A DNA stretch of 64,000 nucleotides from Nanobdellota archaeon (GCA_038046365.1 JBBSWF010000136.1:3681-67680); one strand, 5' to 3'; positions 52,962-60,714 are shown, numbered from the stretch's first letter. Numbers and translations: made by a program. Notes: a model not told the origin generated them from the sequence alone.

Positions 52962-53609
52962 CTAATGCGATCCGTGATAAGCCAAAGCAAACAGCGTCAT
53001 AGAGACGATCCCGCTATACGCCCCAAGGACGCCACCGAGCAAGGCAAGGAAAGACATGCCGACCCACCCTGGAAGGAAAGTCCAGGTGCCGACCCAGAAC
53101 AGGATGCCAAAGACCGCCAATGCAAGGACCAAAGACGATGCCGCGGCTATCAGATAGTCCTTGGTAAAAGCGACAGATGATACCTTGTTGAGATAGAACG
53201 CGAACTTCCAGTCACCTTCTGCCGCCGCTACAAGGATGGCAGCAGCCAATAGATAGCACGCGAGGAGCAGCAGTATGGACCCTACGAGCAGCGTCGGCAA
53301 GAAAGGCTGGTCCGCGACATCGAACGGATTCCTGCCCGGATAAGAGAAAACAGTGATCAAGAGGCCAGGAAGCATGAAAAAAAGGACGACTGACATCGAT
53401 GCCAAGCCATTGAGGACAAGATGGAGCAAGTTGAACCATCCAGGAAGGCCATCCTCACCAGCCAACGAAGCCTCGACACACTCGAAAAGATAGCCCCAGC
53501 TGAGCGGGAACAGGATGTAAGACCAGGGGAAGATCGAGAGGAAAGCCTGAATGGAGAACCGCCTCCAAGAGGAGAACGGCCGCTTGAAGGCTGAGGCGAA
53601 ATCGAGCAT
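52962..53609 (-). CDS. DUF4013-like polytopic membrane protein (paralog B)
   Basis: FKRPFSSWRRFSIQAFLSIFPWSYILFPLSWGYLFECVEASLAGEDGLPGWFNLLHLVLNGL is collinear with 26899..27555. Confidence 0.55.
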   Translation of the reverse strand: MLDFASAFKRPFSSWRRFSIQAFLSIFPWSYILFPLSWGYLFECVEASLAGEDGLPGWFNLLHLVLNGLASMSVVLFFMLPGLLITVFSYPGRNPFDVADQPFLPTLLVGSILLLLACYLLAAAILVAAAEGDWKFAFYLNKVSSVAFTKDYLIAAASSLVLALAVFGILFWVGTWTFLPGWVGMSFLALLGGVLGAYSGIVSMTLFALAYHGSH

Positions 53610-53642
53610 AACAGACGGAACCGGGGAATAGGGTAATTAAAC

Positions 53643-53791
53643 GTTTCGCTGACTAGAACGTGTTAAGCGCCTTCTCGCGTGTGAACCCCAAAACTTCTCT
53701 CGTCGGCTGATTTTCGACGAAAATCAGCCCATCACAAACAAAACGATTCAACGCTCGACCGGAGGGCGCTTAACACGTCCTCTGACGAAAC
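53643..53791. repeat. Hairpin element E2, second member of the E1 family
   Basis: The outer pair is GTTTCG/CGAAAC. A 14-bp perfect stem pairs ACGTGTTAAGCGCC (53658-53671) with GGCGCTTAACACGT (53765-53778). The core shares CCTTCTCGCGTG and ACGCTCGAC..GAGGG with E1. There is an internal perfect palindrome GGCTGATTTTCG-A-CGAAAATCAGCC (53705-53729). Confidence 0.55.
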
Positions 53792-53825
53792 CTTAAAAAG
53801 GCGACCCGATTCTGTCGAATATATT

Positions 53826-53899
53826 GCTCCCGTGGTCTAGCTTGGATATGACATAGCCCTGCGGAGGCTATAACCCGAGTTCGAATCTCGGCGGGAGCG
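53826..53899 (+). tRNA. tRNA-Arg-GCG: tRNA-Arg (anticodon GCG), 74 nt, no encoded CCA
   Basis: Hand fold. The acceptor pairs GCTCCCG with CGGGAGC, followed by G. The D arm has A14, G18, G19 and A21. The anticodon stem is TAGCC/GGCTA with loop CTGCGGA. The T arm is CCGAG-TTCGAAT-CTCGG. Confidence 0.9.
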
Positions 53900-53902
53900 T
53901 TG
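53883..53902 (+). repeat. 20-bp direct repeat, copy 1 (the 3' end of tRNA-Arg)
   Basis: GAATCTCGGCGGGAGCGTTG. Confidence 0.85.
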
Positions 53903-53997
53903 AATTTCTTAGATCAGCCATTACCCCAACCACCTCGATTCGAAGTCCACAGAAGGACTGAGGGCCTTCTGGTCCCGCTCGCACTTCGTGCTTCGCG

Positions 53998-54017
53998 GAA
54001 TCTCGGCGGGAGCGTTG
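53998..54017 (+). repeat. 20-bp direct repeat, copy 2 (orphan duplicate of the tRNA-Arg 3' end)
   Basis: GAATCTCGGCGGGAGCGTTG, identical to 53883-53902 and 95 nt downstream of it. Confidence 0.85.
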
Positions 54018-54068
54018 TATATCTTCTAAGGGGGTTCACGACGAACCCCGAGGAGAAAAATAGAGGGA

Positions 54069-54803
54069 TTATATCTGTGTTAAATGGCCCTCTAGCTTCT
54101 CTAATCGGAGCGGTCCGTCGATGTCCTTCACCAGCTCATTTAGCAACGCAGGCCAGTTTTTAACCAGATCCCTACACGCCAAGAGTTGTCCTTTCCCGGA
54201 GTTGCGTGCCTGATCATAGATATTGGCCCCGGCAGTTTCTCTTAGAAGAACATCAGGATCCATGTGCCACATCCTTGGAAAAGACGCCCAGTGACAGTAA
54301 ACTAAAACGCTGCTATTCACAGTAAACCTCTCCACATCCTTCTCGTCCATCCCATATCCATGATTGCCGCTTAGAGGATGATTGTTTATCCAACATCCTA
54401 TAAAAGGCACGCCAAGTCTCGCGGCATCGAAGATCAGGTCGTATCCATACGACCTAAGGCTCACATTCCAACCATCAGCGTCTATTTCGCCACTTCCTTG
54501 AGCAAACGATAAGTTTAAGCTTGTAAGAAGGACGTCGTATGGGATAGCATCCGGTCTCGTTTGCGGTCTTGTATCTGTGGCATTTAGAAGCACCTTGGCC
54601 TGATAATAACAATTAACGACTTCAAGATGTGAAGCATAATCATCCAGAGTTTTCGTAAGCGTTTCCCTCCGCTGACGCGTCTTCCCGTAAAATTCCTGGA
54701 GATTTCTCATCGTAGAATAGTATGGGCAATCGCGCCTAGCCCACTCATGTTCATCCACTACAAGTATCCGATACCGCTTTTCGTTCTTATTTTCATTATC
54801 CAT
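54069..54803 (-). CDS. Hypothetical protein
   Basis: 244-aa ORF with complex composition. No motif was recognised. A GGGGTTC-ACGAC-GAACCCC hairpin lies just 3' of it (about 54031-54049). Confidence 0.5.
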   Translation of the reverse strand: MDNENKNEKRYRILVVDEHEWARRDCPYYSTMRNLQEFYGKTRQRRETLTKTLDDYASHLEVVNCYYQAKVLLNATDTRPQTRPDAIPYDVLLTSLNLSFAQGSGEIDADGWNVSLRSYGYDLIFDAARLGVPFIGCWINNHPLSGNHGYGMDEKDVERFTVNSSVLVYCHWASFPRMWHMDPDVLLRETAGANIYDQARNSGKGQLLACRDLVKNWPALLNELVKDIDGPLRLEKLEGHLTQI

Positions 54804-54937
54804 GAGGCCTCACCCTTGCAAATGAATTGCCTGTGCGCTAATCATCATCAAGAGGTAATTACATTTTTGTTATACTTAAAATTTAGGTACAGTTTATAGG
54901 AAATTAGGTAAAAATTAAGATTAATATTACGTTTTAT

Positions 54938-55963
54938 GTGATCTATGATAAGATTTATAAAGATTATTTGATCAGTCACCCTGTGGAAGACATCAAACTC
55001 GATCTCAAAGACTGGAAGATTCTTGGCATACTCTGCACAGATGCCCGAACCCCAAATACTAAAATAGCAAAACGGGTGGGACTATCGGTTGAAGCGGTCG
55101 GATATCGTATCAGAAAGCTCGAAGAAAGTGGAGTCATACGGAAGTACGGAATCTACCCTGATGAATTGAAAATCAACATCAAGACATTCTTTGTATTCCT
55201 CAAATTCACGACTATGAGTGAACATGATGAGAACAGATTCATAGAGATATTCACTAAGCACCAAAATGTCGGGGTTGTTTGGGAATCGAGTGGAAATTGG
55301 GATTTCATCCTCATAATCTATGCGGCAGATATATTCATCTTTGCCAAAATAATCGATGACCTGCTTTCCCGGGTTGCACGCCACCTCAAAGAATACAAAA
55401 GCCTCTTTGCCCTTGAACAGATCAAATTCACACAGCTCATCGGTGAAGAACTCAAAGCTTTCAAGGATCCCTATGCCACGATCACACCGCTTGAGAAGAG
55501 GCTAGACACCCTAATCATCACAGACAAGGAAAAGAAGCTATTGTCATATTTAGACGACCATGGACGAGCAAGCGCAGTAGCGATCTCAAAAACATTGAAT
55601 ATCCCCCCAGAAACCGTTCGTTTTGCCATGAACCGACTACGGGAAAAACAAGTGTTCATCACGACTTACGCTGCACTAGACTACTTCAAATTAGGGTACT
55701 CTAAGTATGTTCTCGTGATCAAACACTTATTACATGACAATAAAAGACTTCAAATGCTCCTAAAAGCACTTGCTGATGACATCCACGTCCGCCATGTTAG
55801 CCGGATGGGAGGGGCAAATGAAGTCATAGTGACTATATTTGTCAAAACCAATGAAGAACTTAATCGATACCTCCGAAACTACCAAAATCTATTCCCTGAG
55901 ATCATATTAGGCATCGAGATCAACCAAGTCTTCAAACGACTCAAAGAAAAGCTGCTGATTTGA
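54938..55963 (+). CDS. Tandem-duplicated Lrp/AsnC-type regulator (two HTH plus ligand-domain units)
   Basis: GTG start. The units read LDLKDWKILGILCTDARTPNTKIAKRVGLSVEAVGYRIRKLEESGVI and ITDKEKKLLSYLDDHGRASAVAISKTLNIPPETVRFAMNRLREKQVF, each followed by a RAM-like segment. Confidence 0.65.
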   Translation: MIYDKIYKDYLISHPVEDIKLDLKDWKILGILCTDARTPNTKIAKRVGLSVEAVGYRIRKLEESGVIRKYGIYPDELKINIKTFFVFLKFTTMSEHDENRFIEIFTKHQNVGVVWESSGNWDFILIIYAADIFIFAKIIDDLLSRVARHLKEYKSLFALEQIKFTQLIGEELKAFKDPYATITPLEKRLDTLIITDKEKKLLSYLDDHGRASAVAISKTLNIPPETVRFAMNRLREKQVFITTYAALDYFKLGYSKYVLVIKHLLHDNKRLQMLLKALADDIHVRHVSRMGGANEVIVTIFVKTNEELNRYLRNYQNLFPEIILGIEINQVFKRLKEKLLI

Positions 55964-55972
55964 TGGAGAAGA

Positions 55973-56287
55973 TCATGCGATGACCTTCTCCACATTCGCC
56001 TCGACCACCTGCTTCGACACTAACATATCGATCTCGATGAGCTTCTTGACCAGCGGATTAGCGACGTTCAGTTTATAGAGCTCAGCTCTGCCGATCTTTC
56101 TGGTATTCACAACAAGGCCGACTTTCACGAAATCAGGCCAAAACTCATGCAGGGTACTCCATGCGATACCAGCACCATTTGCGATATCTGTCAGACTGTA
56201 GTCAAATTCCTGGTTGTCAATGAAAAAATCAAGGACCTTTACCACTGGCGAATCCCCAAATACTAGCCTGAAGGATGTCTGTTCCAT
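55973..56287 (-). CDS. Small winged-helix DNA-binding protein
   Basis: 104 aa. VLDFFIDNQEFDYSLTDIANGAGIAWSTLHEFWPDFVKVGLVVNTRKIGRAELYKLN is a wHTH pattern common in small archaeal regulators. Confidence 0.5.
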   Translation of the reverse strand: MEQTSFRLVFGDSPVVKVLDFFIDNQEFDYSLTDIANGAGIAWSTLHEFWPDFVKVGLVVNTRKIGRAELYKLNVANPLVKKLIEIDMLVSKQVVEANVEKVIA

Positions 56288-56383
56288 AACATATTAATTG
56301 GTTAGTTTGTATTTAAACTTTTCGATGTTTTAAATTGAAGTCTTCGAACAAAGGTTGAAATAGGAATATGGCTGCAGGTTGGC

Positions 56384-56659
56384 ATGGATTACAAGCCACT
56401 GGTCCTGCGTAAACTATTCCGTCGAAGGATCATCGGCGGGAAACACACCGCCTTCGAACACGTAATGACTGGAGTCCCGGGCCATGCGACCGGCGAAGTC
56501 AAGAAAGCTGCGGAGGAACTCATCAAAGACGGATTCATCATCGCAAAGAAGACCCCCTACGGACTTCAGATCAGCCTCGATCCAGAACGATTGGAAGAGA
56601 TCGAACAGATGATTGCTAACCAGTCAACCGAAGAGGGGGCATCTGAAACACTTGTTTAA
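56384..56659 (+). CDS. Small hypothetical protein (possible wHTH)
   Basis: 91-aa ORF in the AT-rich island, containing EVKKAAEELIKDGFIIAKKTPYGLQISL. Confidence 0.35.
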   Translation: MDYKPLVLRKLFRRRIIGGKHTAFEHVMTGVPGHATGEVKKAAEELIKDGFIIAKKTPYGLQISLDPERLEEIEQMIANQSTEEGASETLV

Positions 56660-57017
56660 CAACTCAACAGAAACATCCAAGTGGGCACAGTTAGCACTCC
56701 ATCCTGTAGGCTGAGCTGATCCTTGCAGGTGATTATGTTTGTATGATTTTCCATCTTTTGAAGGGGCGCCAGAATACAAATCTATGAAAGGATCCTCATT
56801 ATCCCAAGTAGTTAAGCTCACCTTAATTGGGAAGCTACCTTTTCTTATGTGGTACTCTTTCAGTGTTTTGTACGCCATCTAAGTCACCTGAACACTTACG
56901 AAGCCGGTGTCATTTATATACATTTCGATGTCATTTATATATATTTAAGGCTACATTTGATATTAGGCACTATCATAAATGACAACCTTTATATATATTT
57001 GAAGCTACATTTAACCT

Positions 57018-57650
57018 ATGTTTCAGATAGATATGGTACGTAAACTTGAAGGTGTACAGACGATAGACTCTGTAATGTCCATTCTTGGTATCAACAAATC
57101 AAAAGCCATTCAAACTATCTATCAACTTCGTAAGAGCGGATATGTCAAAACACACAAAAGAAGCGATCAAACCCGGATCTACAACATTTCTCTAAAGAAT
57201 AAACTCAAGGGGGTAAGTTACTATGAGATCATCAATCCTAACTCCCCGATAAAGATCTCACCCCCAAATGAGTATAAGATATATGGCAGGACACCTAGCA
57301 TTGAAGAAACGATTGTCTTTGCAATTAAGACCAAAAGCCTACGAACAATCCTTGCATCTTTAATCTTATTCAGAAAAGTGACCGATTGGTCCGAGCTATA
57401 TCACCTAAGTAAGACAAATCGAATCGAAAGACAAGTCGGTGCGCTGTATGACCTGACAAGACTGATACTAAAAAGAAGCAAACGAATGCCAAAACGATTC
57501 ATGAAAAATGCTCAACCCAAAGAAAACTACCCCTTTGAATACACAATCCCAGGATTACAATCCAAAGATTTCCAAAAGATTGAAAACAAGTGGAAGATAT
57601 ACCTACCATTCAACAAAACAGATTTAGAGGAATACCATGATTTCAATTGA
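57018..57650 (+). CDS. AbiEi-like protein (N-terminal wHTH), putative antitoxin/regulator
   Basis: 210 aa. The wHTH reads SVMSILGINKSKAIQTIYQLRKSGYVKTHKRSDQTRIYNIS. It overlaps the downstream nucleotidyltransferase gene by 14 nt. Confidence 0.45.
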   Translation: MFQIDMVRKLEGVQTIDSVMSILGINKSKAIQTIYQLRKSGYVKTHKRSDQTRIYNISLKNKLKGVSYYEIINPNSPIKISPPNEYKIYGRTPSIEETIVFAIKTKSLRTILASLILFRKVTDWSELYHLSKTNRIERQVGALYDLTRLILKRSKRMPKRFMKNAQPKENYPFEYTIPGLQSKDFQKIENKWKIYLPFNKTDLEEYHDFN

Positions 57651-58302
57651 TAAACAACAAAAACTGCTACTTGACCTATCAAAAGAATTACAAAAGCCAA
57701 TAACCGCCTACGCAGTAGGCGGGACAGCAATGATGTTCTTAGGCCTCAAAGAGTCTACGCTTGACGTTGATCTGGTCTTCGAGGACACAGAAAGCAAAGA
57801 CCTACTTATGAATGCAGCACAAGCGATGGGATACCAAAAAATGGATGCCGTCAAAATATATGGCAACAAGAAAAACAAACCCGACATGCTAACAAGAGGA
57901 GATGAACGATTAGACCTATTTGTACGTGATGTCATTGATTTCACCTTCTCAAAGAATATGCAACAAAGAGCAGCAGACACACATCAATTTGGAGACAAGT
58001 TAACCCTCAAGATAGCTAACATTCACGACCTAATCCTTATGAAATGTGCCACAAGCAGGCTCAAAGACAAAGATGATGTAAGGAGTATAATCTTGAGCAG
58101 AAACATAGACTGGAATATTATCATCAAAGAGGCTCAAAACCAAGTCATTCTCGGACGTCCAGAGGCAATATTCAATCTTGGTGAATTCTTAGAAGCCTTA
58201 CAGCAAGACCTCAAAGAAAAAATCCCAGACACAGTTATCAATCAATTGTGGGAACTAGTCAAAAAACAAGCTGAAGAAAAGACACAAATCCACAAAAAAT
58301 AA
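57637..58302 (+). CDS. Minimal nucleotidyltransferase-fold protein (AbiEii/MNT-like putative toxin)
   Basis: 221 aa. AYAVGGTAMMFLGLKESTLDVDLVF fits the hG[GS]-x9-13-DhD NTase motif. A later Asp-rich segment reads RLKDKDDV. Confidence 0.5.
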   Translation: MISIDKQQKLLLDLSKELQKPITAYAVGGTAMMFLGLKESTLDVDLVFEDTESKDLLMNAAQAMGYQKMDAVKIYGNKKNKPDMLTRGDERLDLFVRDVIDFTFSKNMQQRAADTHQFGDKLTLKIANIHDLILMKCATSRLKDKDDVRSIILSRNIDWNIIIKEAQNQVILGRPEAIFNLGEFLEALQQDLKEKIPDTVINQLWELVKKQAEEKTQIHKK

Positions 58303-58396
58303 ATACTACCACCCCTATAAAATCCCTAGATCCCTTGCACAGAGCAAGTGAGCGTTTAGAGCTTACTTGCCGTGCGATATGTCTTCTCGGGGGCAT

Positions 58397-59962
58397 TCAA
58401 TACTTCTTCAATGAGAGCTGGCCCTTCCTCGTGCCCCTCGGCACGATGCCAACCTCAACGCCGAGCTGCTGCTTAATCGACGCGGCAAGACTAGGCCCGA
58501 CAAGCTGGGAAAGAGTGGTGAGATCACAATCCCTGAGGACGCCCAAGTCCTTTAGTCCTGCGTGGAAGAGCTTGCGCGACCTGACACGGCCGACGCCTTC
58601 GAGCTTGAGAAGCGCGAGAAGCTCTTCTTTGACGCCATACTTGAGGCGCATCTTGGTCTTGTTGACATGTTTGAGGATCTCCTGATGGCCCATGATGCGG
58701 GCGAGCTCACCGACGCCGAACAAAAGCCAGTTGGCGACCTCAAGCTTTGCTCGAAGCTCGCCAGGACGGACATTATACGTCTCAAGAAGGAACTGCTCGT
58801 CCTTCTCATCGATCCATTCTGATAAAAGGATTGTGCATTTGAGCGATTCCAGGAATTCATCATAATCTGAATCGTACAATGAAGGCTCGTTATGGAGCAG
58901 GTACGGCTGGACAAGCGCGCTCTTCTCCTGCAACAGATCATATTCTTTTGTCCGGACAGTGAGGGCAGGACGCATCTCAAGAGTGCCTGAAACGAGCTGG
59001 AGGAAAGAGACCTCGTTTAGCTCCACTGCCTTGCACTTCTTGATGCCTGTGCAGAAATGATGGGCGGTGTAAGGGTCTAGGTACAGCTCGCTGACCCTCC
59101 GGCCTAATTGCGTGGCTTTGTAGGATTGAGTCTGGATCTCGTCTGCTGATATGAATCCGGATGTGACTTTACCCATGGTGGACTCAAGAAATCCCCACTC
59201 CTCGAGCATGCGCAAGGTCTTTGCGATGATGGCGGACAATTCAGCCATGTCATGGAACTGGTGGGCCCAGAAGGTCTTCGAGAAGAACTCCATTATCTGA
59301 TCGTCAGTCGAGACGAAACCTGTGGAGATCAATGAGAGAAGGTAAGTCCGGAGGACAGGCTCGACAGCCAGCTTCGAGTAGATGGCCTCAGGCTCGCCAG
59401 TGACGTACTTGAAGTAGATATCATTCTTCTCGGAATCACTCTTCGCGATGCAAATAGCCTCTCCTTTCGTGTCGAACTTCGGGCGGCCCGCGCGTCCGGC
59501 CATCTGAAGATACTCAAGGACAGGGATGCTAGTCATGCCAAAAGAGCCGCCATAGCGCTTGAGATCCTTGATGATGGCGCGGTACGCAGGGAGGTCGAGA
59601 CCGGCGGCAAGGGTCGGAGTCGAGCAGATGATAGAGATGTTTCCACTACGGAAAGCTTCCTCGACAATATCCTTCTGCTTCGACGCAAGGCCCGCGTGAT
59701 GGAAAGCGATGCCGCGCTCGACGCACCAAGCAAGACGCTCGCACTGCTTCGTCGGCTTTGAGAGGGCATTTCTGACGTCTTCTGCGAGAGCCATGAGATC
59801 TGGACTGCGCTTCTTCGACTTCTTGGCGATCTCCTCCGCCTCCTTCTCCGCGGACGGCTTTGTGTTGACGAAGATCAGAGCCTGCTTGCCTATCGAGATA
59901 GTGTCAAGGGCGAGATTCGTGGTCGCGTCCGCAGTGGGACGAGGGATAGTGATAGACTTCAT
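58397..59962 (-). CDS. Hel308/Ski2-type helicase lacking the first RecA domain (RecA2, winged helix, ratchet and HhH domains only)
   Basis: 521 aa. Motif IV is QALIFVNTKPSAEK, followed by FHHAGL, motif V STPTLAAGLDLPA and motif VI QMAGRAGRP. The C-terminal HhH-like tail is LLKLEGVGRVRSRKLFHAGL. There are no Walker A/B motifs. In-frame TAG and TAA stops lie directly upstream of the ATG. Confidence 0.8.
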   Translation of the reverse strand: MKSITIPRPTADATTNLALDTISIGKQALIFVNTKPSAEKEAEEIAKKSKKRSPDLMALAEDVRNALSKPTKQCERLAWCVERGIAFHHAGLASKQKDIVEEAFRSGNISIICSTPTLAAGLDLPAYRAIIKDLKRYGGSFGMTSIPVLEYLQMAGRAGRPKFDTKGEAICIAKSDSEKNDIYFKYVTGEPEAIYSKLAVEPVLRTYLLSLISTGFVSTDDQIMEFFSKTFWAHQFHDMAELSAIIAKTLRMLEEWGFLESTMGKVTSGFISADEIQTQSYKATQLGRRVSELYLDPYTAHHFCTGIKKCKAVELNEVSFLQLVSGTLEMRPALTVRTKEYDLLQEKSALVQPYLLHNEPSLYDSDYDEFLESLKCTILLSEWIDEKDEQFLLETYNVRPGELRAKLEVANWLLFGVGELARIMGHQEILKHVNKTKMRLKYGVKEELLALLKLEGVGRVRSRKLFHAGLKDLGVLRDCDLTTLSQLVGPSLAASIKQQLGVEVGIVPRGTRKGQLSLKKY

Positions 59963-60117
59963 CTAGTCGATGGAGGCCTGGCTGGCTTATAATAATGTGG
60001 GGCGGATGTCCGGTGAGGATCGGATCAACAGGGTCGAGAAAGAGAATCTGACCATACAATAGCTTTTTAAACCACCGACCGATATTCCGAACAGGAAAAA
60101 CAAGAGGTAACTGTTCT

Positions 60118-60714
60118 ATGAAGATACTCGCAGCAGGAGACCTACACGGAGACTCGCGACTCGCGCAGAAACTTGCGAAAAGAGCCGTCGACGAGAACGT
60201 AGACCTAGTCATCCTATGCGGAGACATAACAAACGACGATGAGAACGTCGACGGTCTTCTCGGACCGTTCGTTTCACAAGGAAAGAAAGTGTTCTTGATA
60301 CCTGGCAACCACGATTCAGTCGCAGTGACTGATTTCCTGGCTGAAAGATATGGCGCGCGGAACGTCCACGGGACCGCCGTGCAATATGAAGACATCGCGT
60401 TCGTCGGATGCGGAGGGGCGCCATTTGGGCTATCGGTGATGAGCGAAGATGATCTCTATTCTACATTGAACAAAGCGTTCTACGAAGTCAAAGGAGCCAC
60501 AAAGACAGTGATGATATCACACATGCACCCGCTCGGTTCAGACATCGACATCTTCGGATTCCCCGGATCAGCAGGAGTGCGAGCTGCGATAGACAAATTC
60601 AAACCGACAATCGCTTTATGCGGACACATCCACGAAGCAGAAGGGCTTGAGATGAAAGTCGGCAAGACCAAGCTGATGAATGTCAGCAAGAACGGGAAAG
60701 TGTTTGAGCTGTGA
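60118..60714 (+). CDS. Calcineurin-like metallophosphoesterase
   Basis: The metallophosphoesterase motifs are AAGDLHGD, CGDITN, GNHD, SHMHP and GHIHE. Confidence 0.8.
   Translation: MKILAAGDLHGDSRLAQKLAKRAVDENVDLVILCGDITNDDENVDGLLGPFVSQGKKVFLIPGNHDSVAVTDFLAERYGARNVHGTAVQYEDIAFVGCGGAPFGLSVMSEDDLYSTLNKAFYEVKGATKTVMISHMHPLGSDIDIFGFPGSAGVRAAIDKFKPTIALCGHIHEAEGLEMKVGKTKLMNVSKNGKVFEL

Noticed and set aside
53903-54017. Interpreting the duplicated tRNA 3' end as a second, intron-containing or split tRNA gene.
   Set aside because: I could not fold an acceptor 5' strand, a D arm or an anticodon arm upstream of it. The T-stem 5' strand (CCGAG) is missing, and only a degenerate CGATTCGAAG remnant is present.
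56624-56878. An 84-aa minus-strand ORF in the AT-rich island.
   Set aside because: It overlaps the 3' end of 56384..56659 convergently, and no motif was recognised. I cannot decide between it and non-coding DNA, so it is not reported as a feature.
59904-60395. A 163-aa minus-strand ORF upstream of the truncated helicase, checked as a possible missing RecA1 half.
   Set aside because: It is antisense to the metallophosphoesterase gene, has no Walker A or DExH motifs, and is in a different frame separated from the helicase by stops.
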